From: Antedon mediterranea
Taxonomy: Eukaryota > Animalia > Echinodermata
Assembly: GCF_964355755.1 (NCBI RefSeq)
Contig: NC_092672.1
Span: forward strand, 1,116,001 to 1,180,000
DNA: 64,000 bases
Reading direction: 5' to 3'
Part shown: positions 25,301 to 38,640 of the stretch, piece by piece
Layout: each line of letters starts with the position of its first letter
Numbering within the stretch: the first letter of the stretch is position 1
Notes under the pieces: generated by a model
The model's input: the letters and a program-made list of their open reading frames with translations, nothing else
Told to the model about the DNA's origin: nothing
The model's database searches: none
Made by a program: the position numbers and the translations under genes

Positions 25301-28300
25301 AGCTTCGCAGTAAGTGCTGTTTATATCTCACATTAATGTAATGGGTATTGTTAAAATTACATCATTTTTATATCCACTCAATCTAGTTTAAAGTAACCTT
25401 CTCTATTTATTGAGAGTGTAATGCATAAACTGAATATCCATGTATTCAAGATTTTATTTCTTTTCGCAATCTGAGGGATCATGTTAAAGTTATTCTACTG
25501 CAGTTACTGCAGTACCTAAATGTATTATTTTAGATTGTTTCAATTAAGATGTTTATGAAGCAATTTTTTTATTAAATTAAATTAAAAATTTTATTTTTTT
25601 ATTTTTTTTATTTTATTATCCTGTATTTTTGTTGTTCTGTTATGTATTTTCATACAGATCTAATTAATTAATTAATTAATTGTTTACATTTTGTTTTGAT
25701 GTTATGTGTTAGTATTAGGACTTTGTGGCTTATGTTATTTGTAATTTGGATGTCCTATAAATTGGCTGTACCATACTGATATAAAGGTGATTACTATGAA
25801 TAAATAAATACTGCAGTAAACAGTGTCTACTGATATAAAGGTGATTACTATGAATAAATAAATACTGCAGTAAACAGTGTCTACTGTATCATATGTATGA
25901 TTACCCTAAAAAATCTTGATAAATAATTGCATTTATAACAGGTTTTAAAGAGTAAACAGTTTACTGCAGTAACTGCAGTAAAATTTATTTTCACCGATCA
26001 AAGATTTTCTGAATTAGGAATGATTGTATGGTGCATTTTTTACAAATGTAAAAGCAACGCAAATGTAAGGGCAACGCAAATGTAAGGGCAACGCAAATGT
26101 AAGGGCAACGCAAATGTAAGGGCAACGCAAATGTAAGGGCAACGCAAATGTAAGGGCAACGCATAAGAATTTGGAATTACTGTTGATACTTCAAGTTCCA
26201 TTTTAATATTGTAATTGTCATTCCACGACCTCAAGGTCATTCCACGACCTCAAGGTCATTTCCTATGTAATTAAACACTAGTTATTATTAATTATGCAGG
26301 GCAATAACAGATTTATAAAATGCAAGTTGTGTTATTAATATCAAGGGTCTTTATATTTGAATAGCAGTAACAATAACATGGGCTCATTAACAATCCTATG
26401 ATATAATAATAATATTAAGGTACAGTATGTTTACACACAACACACATTTATTGATCAACCAAAGCAGAAATACAGATAATTAATATTGATTTCTATATAT
26501 TAAATACAGACAAATGTTACTTAGAACAGCGAGATGTAAAATACATCTCCCTGTTTAGAACTATTCTCAACAAGCTCTTGAAAAAATCCATAAAAGCAGT
26601 AGCTGATAAACTACTTTAAAAATAGTAAAACTTTCGGCATGTTTCAAAACTGTATTAATAAATATTTAAACAAAACTAAATACACAAAATAAAATTTAAA
26701 ATTGAGGAAAACTAGTGGAGTTCACTGAATCTCTATACTCACAGACTGTTACTGTATGACACTATTCCAACAAAGAGAATTCTACATTTAATACCTCACC
26801 ATCTTCATCATATAACCATAATGATGTGTAGACATTATTTATACCGACATCATGGCTCTAAGTGTTTCATCATTAGATGCAATCAAGAATAATGGCACCT
26901 AGGCCTAGCAAAGAAGAGTAATTGCAGCTAGTCTGTGATGAGTACTTGACCTGACTGTGGTTATTTATAACGTTTGACTGCCTCGCCATGTGGTGGCAAT
27001 ATGTTATAGTGCTAACGATACCGCCGATACAATTGGACAATCATAATCGCTGAGCAGCGAAGGAGAGTCTGTACACAACACAATAATATTGATCACACAC
27101 CTCCTAGTAAATAATGTAGAATAAGGAGAGTCTGTACACAACACAATAATAATTAATATTGATCACACACCTCCTGGAAAATAATGTAAAATAAAAATAT
27201 ATTTTATGCAGTATACCTGCCGAAGTTTACCGATTTCCATGCGGACCACAAATTTTCCATTTACTAATTTAACAAATGTTTCCACTTTTTTTTTTTAACA
27301 AAAAAATTATAAAAATTTCTACAAGAAACAAAAAAAAAACAAAAAAATACAAAAATTGAGTGAGTGAGTGGCCGAGCGGTTAAGACAGTGGAACCGTAAT
27401 CACGTAGCCATAACATCGGCAGGGGTTCGAGGCTCACTCACTCCATGGTTCTGGTGGTAGAACGAGTCTTCTCGGATAAGGACTATAAACCGTAGGTCCA
27501 GTGTACACAACTTGCTCGTGTGCACTTTAAAGAACCTAGTACATCTTTCGAGACGAGTAGGGGGTTACCCCGGTGTATTAGTACATCACTGCCACTGATC
27601 ACCAACTGGGCCCTCTGGGAGATCAGTCTTTGACTGAAGAGGTTACCCAGTATAAAGATAAAACAAACAAACAAACAAACAAATTTAAAAATAAAACAAT
27701 TAAACAAAATAGACAATAAAATATATATCAAAATTTTAGAAAAAAATTAATTAAATAATAAATTGAGACAAAAGCAAATAAATAATGAATAGAATACATC
27801 AAACAACTGTTTCTATAAAATTTCTCAAAAAAAGAACTTAAATGTTTTATATTTGATTATTAAAATATTTATGTAGTCTTTGTTTCAGAAATAAAATAAA
27901 TGAATATTCATGAGAATTCTACAACTATCATTTGCTGGTTTTTTGTTGTTGCGATAACTGTACTTTATCAAGGTTTTCTAAATACAATTTGTTTTCATTT
28001 CGTTTAACAAAGAACAACTGCAAACGACAGTATAGTCCCTGGTGGACCATTCTAATATTAATCATTTTAAACAAAGGTTTTGCACAATCAAATGTGGTCT
28101 GTAGAATATGTAATAATAATAATTAGTATTATCCAATATCTACTATTGACAATCATTCTTGTAATGCGCAGTATTATAGTAATTAAAAAATCTTATTTTA
28201 CAATTTCTAGTAATATAATAATCATCATTCTTATAGCACTTAATGCACAAAGTCAAAGTGCTTCACATTATTACCCCGGCCATTTTTGGATCAAACATAT

Positions 28301-31300
28301 GGAAACATTGTAACATAATGTTGCAACCTTAGTGACCTTAATACCAGGTACACATTTGTACACCTGGGTGGAGAGAGGCAAACGTAAGAATAAAGAAAGT
28401 CTCCGGCCTACGGATACAAGCAATGCGATGAGCATTGGATTTGAACCTTAACTTCACAATAAATAGTCCAACATCGAACACACTGAGCCACACACCCTCA
28501 TATTAATAATTAATTAGTTTTGTTAAGTAATTAGTCCTTATTAAATCTATCTTCTAATCTTGTTAAAGTGCTGTATAGGAAACCAAAAGTATATTAAAAG
28601 TTAAACATACTGTATGTCTTACAGAAGAAGTACAAAGGTAAAATTAGGAAAGTAAGTCCAAATACAACCGGTATTGATTACAAATTAAACCACAATCAGA
28701 TCATAATTAAACTCTTGACCTTCTTACACAATTTATTTTATAAAAAAAACCAAAAAAAATTACTATATGGCGCAATGACAAACTCCTACAATAATTACAG
28801 AATTTAAAATCCTTAATTCCTGACCATATTTGGTAAGTTCAGAATCATTAGCATTAAAACTGTAATATCCTGTAAGGAACAAATTTGGTGATTTATTCTC
28901 AAAATCAAACAATATCTGAATTATAATTTATAGACATTTTTTTAAGATCATTCTTATCAACTAGGATCTGTTGTGGTTAATCATATTATTTTAAAATTAA
29001 TATTTTAGTATTTTACTATTTTTAGTTAGTACTACTTTTTCCTATAGTCTATACCTCCCACATGTTTACTGAATGAATTTAGTAAACTTTGATTCTTTGT
29101 ATTTTAGTAGATTTTCTTTATAAACTATATTCTTTGTACTTTGCAAATTGCTCATTTTATATTTTCATATTGATGTCAATTTGTTAATAATACTATTAAA
29201 TACATCCTTTATCTTATTTATTTTTAACTCCCACTTATTTCCCTACAATAATCTGTCTTCTTATTTGTTAAAGGGGATATGAGTGTTTAAAACGGAAAGT
29301 CTACAGCAGTTGTATGTATTGGATAAATATGGCTTAAAAGGACTACTTTTGTCGCCAACATCCAATGCACGATGACACATAATAAATATTAACGAATATT
29401 ATTAACTCAATTTAATGAACATTACCTATTATTACTTTGAAAGTTGATGATTTTTTTTTCAATCATGTAATAAATTTATGCAGTAATTTCAGTTGTTATG
29501 AGCTTTTATAGGAAGTGACAGTATCATGGTCATGGATTTGGACCCCGGATCCTGGAAAACCTACTAAGCTACTGCGCCACTTCTTTTTTTTCAATAGAGG
29601 ACCAATTTCTGTAGGGAGCATGTAAAAATGATTCTACTGCAGTAACTACAATTTGTTTACATTAATATAAACTGATTACTGCAGTAACTGGCTCATGAAC
29701 TACATTGAAACAAACTAAACTCAAATGTTATTCCTGTAAAAAATGTACTTGCAGTAACTACATTTGATCCGTTATTAGCAATACACTTGCCTTACCTGAA
29801 ATCTTTCTTCTGTACAGAAAACGTGACAGTACTGCAGACCAACCGGGCCTTTTGGATTACGAGCAAGAAACGCAAACTGGTGGTTGTCCGGTTCGCACGT
29901 CGAGTATGAAATCCTTTTCAATGCATGCGCCATAAGAACAACCTGTTAAAGAAATTAAGAATGTTTACAAACCATTCTTCCTTCACTTTTTAAACTGAGT
30001 CATAAAAAATGAAAGATTTCTTTGGGATGGTAAAGTAATTATATTTGTTACGGTGAAAAATATTCAATGAAACATAAACCACAGATTACAATGTGAACCT
30101 GATTGACGATAAACAGTTTCATTTCATTTAAAAAAACATTTATTGCCGTTGACAATGCTTCTGTAAAGTTACGAAAAACCCTAAACATTGAGAAAACCAT
30201 CTGTAATAATACTACTATTGGGAAAAAAGGGTAATTTCCACTTCTTGTTAATATAGAACAATAAATAAAGTTAAAAAAGGGGGAAAAAAGAAATTAATAT
30301 CATAATTTAAAGTTAAAATCCAAGGAATTATCTATTAAAAAAAATATATAATTTTTTTAAAATAAGGGAGCACAATGAGAAAAAAAAAATTACAGAAATC
30401 AGATGCGATATGTACAGTATTGTTGATTATACAAGATAAAAATACTCACAAGAAACTATACTAGTATAACGTATTTAATAATTATAGTAACAAACAAACA
30501 ATATATTTTAACATGATTTAGAAAAACATAAAAATATACCTACGTTTGTACACAAACACTAATAGAATTCCAGTGACCAAAAGTATGATCAAAGAGGGTT
30601 AAAATAAATTTAAACTAAGTTTGATTGAAATATATACAATTAAATATTGTAGGAAGTTACTACGTAATGACCAACACAATTAGAGACAGCCCACCAAACC
30701 TATGACGACAGGATCTAACCCAGTTTAAACCACAACAAAGCAATTAGAGATTATAATAGTATAATTATTGGGATCAAAGCAGATAAAAGATGAATAAAAA
30801 GAATAAATGAGTTGTAAAAGAATTCATTTTATAGCGATTAGTTTATTGAAATTAAAATGAGGATGCTGGCGTATTCAAAGTACAGTATAGTGTATTGAGT
30901 AATTTACTGTATTTTAAAATCAATGGTAAGATAGGATGATGAGATGATTATGATGATGAGATGATTATGATGATGATAATGATTATGATGATGATAATGA
31001 TTATGATGATGATAATGATTATGATGATGATAATGATTATGATGATGATAATGATTATGATGATGATAATGATTGTAAAATCAACATACTGTATATGATT
31101 TTATTACAATAACGTATGATATAAATTTTTTTCAATGACAGACGTTTACGAAGCAGCCATTGCAATAAACAGTAATGATTACCCAATAACTAACAGCTTG
31201 CTAATTGAAAATGTAGTTACTGCAGCAACTGCAGTATAATAATGTTGACATGGTCCATATAAACCACAACCTATACAACTACAGTATACTGTAGTAAAAT

Positions 31301-34300
31301 GATTAGTTATCCATAATAAGCAAAACAATATAAAAATGTGGCGATTCAATTACCTACGTGACAACAATCACACAAACAATATTATTACAGCATCACAATT
31401 GGCATACTGTACATGTGTAAGATTGGCACAGAGCTACAATAAGGATATAGGAACAGTTCAACCACTCAACTTAACCCATACTTTAATATCCATAAAATCA
31501 CAAGACAGTTAATCGTAAAAATCTTTACCTAAACAAATAATTTTGTTAATGTGTACACACTACACGGACCTTAATATGTTTAAATTCATTTTTAAAATCT
31601 TGGAAACAAATACAAACCAAGGCAAAACTACAGTGTATTAATAATTATACGTATCTAACACATTAAGTTCGTGAAACAGAACGGTATGATGGAGACTGCC
31701 ATCCATAAGCTCCAATATGCCGTTGTCAACTTGCTTCGTATTAACTCACTGTATAAGACGTTGTGAAAACCGGTAAATTGCCAACAAAAACTTAAAATCA
31801 TGAGGTTCAAATTTTTATTGTTGAACTTTCACCAGAAAACCAAAAATAAATGTAAGAATATTGAAATAAATTTGTTGACAGAGAAGCAATAATTATGAAA
31901 AAAAAGAAAGGAAAACAGAAAAATACTAAAACTAAACTCGGTACTAAAACATTCTGGTAGGATAATTGTCAAAACAAAAACGTTCATAAACAAACTTACA
32001 TCACGTCAGTAATATCCATCTTAACCACTATATCACAAAAACATAAATTTTACGAGATAATATACACAACTCTACCACGTCCGGGAGACAGCAATATATA
32101 AATGCAATCTACAGAAAGTTAGGCTTAGCTGAACAGTAGCATGACCTTGGATATTGTCAAGGAGATCGTTGGCCTAGCTTGTATTAGCTGTATCTTGCCA
32201 CCAAAGGGATCAAATAAGCCTACAATTATCATTTAACAGGAAACTGCTGGAAATCGTGGGGTAAACGTTAAAACGTGTCAACTATAAAGTACGATTCCTT
32301 AAATTAGTACCAAATTTTAAATATTTAAAATTATTTTATTGTGTGGAGTGTTTACTGTTTCTAATTAGCAAATTGGCAAACCAGTATACACAGTTAATAA
32401 GTAGTAATACAGGTAATGGCAGTGATAGTGAAATAATTAAAAACAAATGATTAGAAAGTTTACTCAATATTAAACATTTATTCAGTTATTATAACATTAA
32501 TTTTTCTAAAATAAGCAAGTTTATTTAAAAATAAATAAAAATCATAATAAAACATCCTGATACAGTAGTTGTAGTATTTGATTATTAAATGTTTCCTTAA
32601 AATGTAATAAATATTTATTTTTTAATGTCTGTTAATTCAACAACAAGGTCCATTAAAGAATATCTTTTATTATTGTACAGTATATCTCAGATGGTAACCT
32701 AATTAATTAAGATACTGTATTCTTGTTTTTGTTGTTTTTTAATATAATGTCTGTAACGGTTAATTAAGATTAAGTGTTGTATTATTATTATTTTTATAAT
32801 GTAAAGAGGGACTAACAGCGACAGGCCCATTGGCCCTTTTGTAGTCTCGACTATATATATTATATGCCAACCATTGTTATGATTTAAAATTTTTGGTCAA
32901 TAAATGTTTCTTGAATTGAATTGAACATTTGATGAATAGTTTATATTAATTAACCAATACAGAAATTTGTGTAAAAATAAATAAATAATTGAAAATACAA
33001 AAATGTCTATACAGTTGTTACAAAAATATGCTGATAATTACAGAGGGCAGCAGACACCATGTACCAAAATATTGCATTGTAGACTTACATTGTGGAGAAC
33101 ATTGATGATACAGTAAATAATAAATAAAAAAGCAAACTTGTTATTATTTATTAAAGTTCCACAAATAATACATATTATTCTTTATATTATTTATATCATT
33201 AAAAACATATAAATTGCTTACCAATAATTAAAAAATCCATGATTAAGTCTTTATTGTATTAATTATTATTAAGTACGGTATGTAATATAAATTTAAATTT
33301 GGATTTCAATCAATATATATATACTGTGTGTTAAAAAGCAAGAAATAATATTAAGAATAAGTGTTCAGTAATATTTTAGAAATAATTATTTATTGTAAAC
33401 TTACCTTTTTATTATTTTAGTTGAATAATATCCAAAGTATTATGTACAGCTAATATACAGAAGGAAAAGGAAAAACTTGCAGTGCATGTATGCTGGTATC
33501 TAAGACTGAACTATTGTGCTTTAGTAGTGACTTACCTTCTCATTGGCGACTTGCTAGATGAAATACAACTGTACACTGGTATCTAAGACTGAACTATTGT
33601 GCTTTAGTAGTGACTTACCTTCTCATTGGCGACTTGCTAGATGAAATACAACTGTACACTGGTATCTAAGACTGAACTATTGTGCTTTAGTAGTGACTTA
33701 CCTTCTCATTGGCGACTTGCTAGATGAAATACAACTGTACACTGGTATCTAAGACTGAACTATTGTGCTTTAGTAGTGACTTACCTTCTCATTGGCGACT
33801 TGCTAGATGAAATACAACTGTACGCTGGTATCTAAGACTGAACTATTGTGCTTTAGTAGTGACTTACCTTCTCATTGGCGACTTGCTAGATGAAATACAA
33901 CTGTATGCTGGTATCTAAGACTGAACTATTGTGCTTTAGTAGTGACTTACCTTCTCATTGGCGACTTGCTAGATGAAATACAACTGTACGCTGGTATCTA
34001 AGACTGAACTATTGTGCTTTAGTAGTGACTTACCTTCTCATTGGCGACTTGCTAGATGAAATACAACTGTATGCTGGTATCTAAGACCGAACTATTGTGC
34101 TTTAGTAGTGACTTACCTTCTCATTGGCGACTTGCTAGATGAAATACAACTGTACGCTGGTATCTAAGACTGAACTATTGTGCTTTAGTAGTGACTTACC
34201 TTCTCATTGGCGACTTGCTAGATGAAATACAACTGTATGCTGGTATCTAAGACCGAACTATTGTGCTTTAGTAGTGACTTACCTTCTCATTGGCGACTTG

Positions 34301-37300
34301 CTAGATGAAATACAACTGTATGCTGGTATCTAAGACTGAACTATTCTGCTTTAGTTGTGACTTACCTTCTCATTGGCGACTTGGCAGACCTTGATCCCTG
34401 AGAGTGCAATGACGAGTTGGACAGCTTTGGCATTTTTTTTATTCTGATGAAAAAAAGGACAATGAACAACTACAGTATTAAAGAGTTTAAGATTAAATAC
34501 CATTCACACAAAAATACAAGGGTACACTTAAGACAATGTACACTAGAACAATTGGCATTTCATTAAAAAAATAGATTTTAATTTATACTAAATCTCTATA
34601 TTTATGATATTCAAATTTTAAAACTTTTGAAGATTTTGAAAATTCACCTAGTTTTATTCATTTTTTACATTCAATGCTTCAATGCTGTATATTGCATACA
34701 TGGGTCAATGTATTATAGTATATTTATTTATTCAACATTTATATTATTTTTTGAATTGATGTTAATAAAGACAAACTAATTCAGTGTTGTAAGTGCCACA
34801 TTGAAAAAAAAATAATCTCTAAATATTCTGGAAAACAAGAAAATTTGAGTCAGGAGGCCAAGACTTCGACTTGGGATACAAGACAAATGTTGTTTATTAG
34901 TTTAGAATGTATGTAGATAATACTATACATATTCTGTACTGAAAAGTGACGTGCTAATTTAAAAACAATGTCTACAATATTATTGGCAAATTATTAACAA
35001 AATATTATTCAAAGTAATCTCAGAAATTACACCCTCATGCATTCCTCGATGACGGAAATTCAGTTTCCTGGTAACCAACCAATCATAAATCCATTGGAAT
35101 CTGCTATGTGTGACAATGAAGTTGTCTATCAATACTGTAGTATACAAAACTACAATTGATTTCAACAAGCAATTAATACACTGTTATTAGACACTTTAAG
35201 CGGATAAATGGCAATATAATTAACATTGCTAACGTATTGATCATATTATTGTTAAATTTGATTTGCATACGTAAGGAGGATTTAGTATGGTTCACCACTT
35301 GTTATTCTGTCTTTTGAATTTTTATGGAAACATATTGAATGTATTAATTTGATGAATTTGTTTTGTGTATTTTAGTTTTGTAAATGTATGTTTTATGTGG
35401 AATTACAAAAAAGGTAATTTCTCTCCTAAAGTACAGGTACTTTAAAAATGAAAAGTAGAATTACTTTCTCTCCTAAATTCAGAAATTGAAAAAGATAATT
35501 GTTAATGTTAAAAAAGCATTTGAATTCTTTTAAACATACGCAACATTAAATTGCTGACTGCCAGGTTATTTAGTGTACTATGTGTAAACTTTTATGTTTG
35601 TCTGTTAATATTGTCAATAATTAAAGGTTTATAGTAAATTTTGTATGTACATGTAGTATGATACTCCAATTTAATTAAAATTTTATTAATAATAATTTGT
35701 CTTTTGTATAGCGGTTAACCAAAGTAAATTTTCTCTAAAGAGCTACGACCACAAGGCTCGAAACAAGGTGGAAATTATGTCATTTAATATGCGAAAGAAA
35801 TGGGTTTTCAGCAATTGTTTGAAGATGTCAATAGAACATTGGGGTTTTAAAATAATTTTCTTTAAACAAAATGAAACACAGTGACACAACAGACAAATAT
35901 AATATATTGAAACTTTACCTTATATTTACTCATTTCTTTCTGTAGATAATTTGCCCTGTTGTCATCAGATATATGCATCACAGGAAAACTAGTTACGTAC
36001 TAATTAAATTAAAAAAGAAGACAACATTTTAAATGAAATGAAAGTATAAAGTAAGCAATGTACTATTAAACTTTATGTGACAATAATGTGATGTGCCCAT
36101 ATATGGACATGATGATGTTATATCACTACCATATTTGGGCATCACTACCATATTTGGGCACATCACACTTTTGTTTTCAAACTAGTTGTATAGTGTAGAC
36201 AGAGCTTTAGAAGTAACAGTTGACATGTTAATATTTAATTAGCAGCATTAAAGGAGGTCACCTAATTAATGTTGTTACTATGGGAAACAGGATACGAAAG
36301 ATATCCTATGTTCCCTGAACATGTGATCTAAATTGACCAATCACTGATGATTATTAATTAAAACTTGAAAAAGAAAATGAATACTGAATATTTTGACCTT
36401 TGTGGATATTACAATTTTATAAATGATTAAAAAAAAATTTTTTTTGAAGAAATGAAATAATTATACAGCAAATTAGCACAATTTAAACTAGTAAGTTTAA
36501 GTAAAATGTTTACTAATTTGTTTATCAGTAATTGCATAAAAAATCCCTGTCTACACTATATGAAACTAGTTTGACAAAAAAAGTGTGATGTGCACATAAA
36601 GTTTGATAGTGTAGACAGACCTTAAAGGATCGGAATATCATGAATAATGAAAAAATATTTGAATGATGTAATGGACAATAGTATGAATGAATAAATGCTA
36701 ATTTTTTTAAATAATAACAATCACTTAAGAAAATGAAAAGTTTAATTATTAACCAACCATAAATATTTGGTTGATATTAGTATAAAATGAAACCGTTGTA
36801 CAATCAATGGACGTACATTGCTGCTGCCAATGGTTACCATGCAAATGAGGTAATTGAAGCCTGGTGGTCATGCTGAGAGTTGAACTTGCTTAATGTGGCG
36901 AGTGTCAAGACTGTCGTCAAATGTTTTCATTACCTTCAAGTCACGCTTAATATTCATGGGTCAAGTGCTATTTTTTGAAAAACTTCTTTTCAACAAGGAT
37001 TTCATTTTATAATTGAAACGATCATGTGGCAATTAATTAGTTCGTTTTAAATTATAAATTAATTATACAAAACTACTGCCAAACTGTACACATCATTTGA
37101 ACAAAATTAATTTAAATTATAATTAAAAGGCTCTAGCATAGGCTAGCCTGATTTTTAATTAATAATAAACAAATTATCAAATTATTAAATAATAATATTT
37201 ATCTAAAAAAAAGTATTAAATCATTGAAATAATTATCATCATCTTTTTAAAACTTGTACTAAAATACATAATAATTATATCTTCAAAATTAAAAAATGTA

Positions 37301-37541
37301 CCTTAGCAAATCTTTGAATTGCTTTAGTGCCATTATCAATATTTTCTCCTTCTTCTCCATCGTCCCCGCCTCCTTCAGTCTTCCTTGACTGCTGAGCCAA
37401 GTCAATTGGACTCCGTTCAGGCTGGGCTGCTGCTCCACTAAAACTTTGAGGTAGTTTTTGTTGTAAATGTTCACGCCTCTCCTGAAATAAAGTAAGCTCA
37501 ACAGTTCGCTTCTCCTTCTTCTTTGACTTGTTTGAAAACAT
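16366..37541 (-). CDS. SH2D5: SH2 domain-containing protein 5 orthologue (N-terminal PTB/PID, long disordered linker, C-terminal SH2), about 911 aa
   Basis: Exons 37541-37302, 35999-35919, 34443-34366, 29942-29796, 23378-23133, 20034-19732, 19431-18236, 17892-17812, 17296-17122, 16554-16366; all GT-AG and phase-consistent. PTB motifs RFAK|YVTSFPV and VLMAHALKRISYSTC..QFAFLARNP..CHVF match the human SH2D5 sequence as I recall it; SH2 motifs PWF..GIP and GAFMVRES..FALS. Confidence 0.9.
16665..17051. mobile_element. MITE family B copy with an internal 21-bp unit (CCATATTTGGGCACATCACTA) expanded about 13 times
   Basis: MITE ends flank a perfect 21-bp array at about 16740-17020, which explains four overlapping repetitive ORFs. 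Confidence 0.85.
17540..17845. repeat. 38-bp x8 tandem repeat spanning the 3' end and splice donor of SH2D5 exon 8
   Basis: Minus-strand unit AAAGCTCCATGGTTTAGGACTGGTATCCCTAA|GTAAGT; gatacc recurs at 17551+38n. Confidence 0.92.
20089..20635. repeat. 54-bp minisatellite, about 10 copies
   Basis: Unit TCTTCCTATATACCAAACTGTACACATTAGTTGCATACATACATAATATAGTCC; gives the 18-aa periodic ORFs. Confidence 0.9.
20901..21287. mobile_element. Fold-back Harbinger-like MITE, TSD TAA
   Basis: TIR aggcccattcaca..aggacgataa / ttatcgtcctagtgtgaatgggcct; TAA on both sides; the interior is a long imperfect palindrome. Confidence 0.85.
21738..21913. mobile_element. MITE family C (TACTGCAGTTACTGCAGTA subterminal palindromes)
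   Basis: Inverted ends tgtcaac..tactgcagttactgcagta / tactgcagtaactgcagt..ttgacatg. Other copies at about 23705-23880, 25475-25998, 29630-29770, 31150-31256 and 53210-53425. Confidence 0.72.
22035..22722. mobile_element. Interspersed repeat whose flanks match an inverted shorter copy at about 38790-38955, with about 530 bp of extra CpG-rich internal sequence
   Basis: 22040-22140 and 22668-22722 are the reverse complements of 38850-38950 and 38790-38850. Confidence 0.65.
26054..26164. repeat. 17-bp minisatellite (GCAACGCAAATGTAAGG), about 7 copies
   Basis: Units at 26054+17n; the motif resembles the MITE-A internal repeat. Confidence 0.9.
27358..27680 (+). mobile_element. Full-length tRNA-derived SINE with Deu/Nin-like central domain
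   Basis: A box TGGCCGAGCGG, B box GGTTCGAGGC; body ..TAAACCGTAGGTCC..TTAAAGAACC..TTTCGA..GAGTAGGGG..CCCCGGTGT resembles the DeuSINE/AmnSINE core; (AAAC)n tail. Confidence 0.85.
28262..28495 (-). mobile_element. Degenerate tRNA-derived SINE (CORE-like domain)
   Basis: Minus strand has TGGCTCAGTG A box, GGTTCAAATCC B box and ..CTCTCTCCACCCAGGTGTACAAATGTGTACC core; same family as 58020-58148. Confidence 0.7.
30935..31074. repeat. (GATGATGATAATGATTAT)n microsatellite
   Basis: 18-bp unit built from ATG/ATT triplets. Confidence 0.9.
33487..34383. repeat. 83-bp x11 tandem array spanning the 3' end and splice donor of SH2D5 exon 3
   Basis: ctggtatctaagac recurs at 33493+83n. On the minus strand each unit is a 65-nt GTAAGT...TTTCATCTAG segment plus 18 nt of exon sequence. 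Confidence 0.93.
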
Positions 37542-37559
37542 GACGACAATCAAATAAAA

Positions 37560-38100
37560 GGACAGATGTAATATGAAACAGAATATCTCAGTCTTTTATT
37601 TCATCGCCATTCTTCTTTTCTTAAAAAATCTTGTGAAAGTTCTTATATCATGCTCAACTCTCTCAAGTCTCACGTCGTGTTTGTTGACATCGGATACTTC
37701 CGGTGCTCTACTTACTTTTTGCTGATGATCCGTGCGTTAAAAAATGTCAACCTAAAATCGTTTATAAATCAATTTCAATTAGTTAAAATTATGGATTAAC
37801 ATTAAATAATTAAAAAAAAAACAACACAAATAAATTATTTTCAGTTTGAAATCTATTCTTCCTCATTGTTTTAAAATAAACATTTCGAAATTATAATTCC
37901 ACACAAAATCAGTTTAGGAAGACATTAAAAAATTGAAGACATTAACAGAAATAGTACACCATTGGTAAACAACTCTCCATGGACACCACCAACACCGCGA
38001 GTCGACGACCGATCGATTTTGCAATATAAATCCATATTAAATCACATATTTGATTATAATGGCGGTAATATAAATGTCCATTAATGTTATGAAGTAAGGT
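37560..38100. promoter_or_regulatory. Putative bidirectional promoter for SH2D5 (-) and LEKR1 (+)
   Basis: Divergent ATGs 1.5 kb apart; locally CpG-retaining; ETS-like ACTTCCGG at about 37696; YY1-like AATGGCG on both strands; candidate non-coding exon donor GAA|GTAAGG at about 38094. Confidence 0.55.
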
Positions 38101-38159
38101 CAATGTATTTTGAGGTATTTCATCTTACATTTTGATACATAAATGTTGAGTATTTTACC

Positions 38160-38640
38160 AGCAAACTAGCTAGGCTAGGCCTTACTAGAGGCTAGTACTA
38201 GGGCCTAGCTAGGCCTTATTAGGCCCTAGTAGGCCAAGCTAGCTACGTACTACTAGGCCTAGGCCTAGTTAGGAGTCTAGCCTAGGCTAGATAGACCATG
38301 GATAGACTAGGCCTGGCTGGCCCTAGCTAGGGGCCTAACTAACTAGGCCAACACGACGACGATGAGCGGGCGTTTTGCTCCTCGTATTTTTTGCGGCCCT
38401 CGATCATAAGATAAAATGGGCCTAATAGTAGGCTAGCTAGGGCCTATATAGGCAATCCTAACCACAAACATTATCCCTAATAATTATACTATATATAGCC
38501 TAGGCCTAGGCCTAAATATCTCTGTTCATAGACATAATATTATTATTAATCTGACTTTTGTCTAACCTAGTTAGGCCTATGCTACGTACAGTAAATGAAA
38601 TACGATTATTTTAATAAATAATAGGCCTAGGGTAGACTAT
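38160..38640. repeat. Low-complexity CTAG/AGGCCT-rich tract
   Basis: Dense ctaggcctaggccta, gctagc and tagtacta palindromic words with no fixed period. Confidence 0.75.

Noticed and set aside
26975-27000. CTCF-like motifs (also about 33040 and 62565)
   Set aside because: Only partial matches by eye; not supportable without a PWM scan or ChIP data.
27358-27446. tRNA gene
   Set aside because: It has A/B boxes, but the cloverleaf is imperfect and continues into a SINE body with an (AAAC)n tail; a second copy lies at 41027.
33487-34383. CRISPR-like array (also considered for the 38-, 54- and 28-bp arrays)
   Set aside because: Units are contiguous and identical with no unique spacers, no cas genes are present, and the context is eukaryotic.
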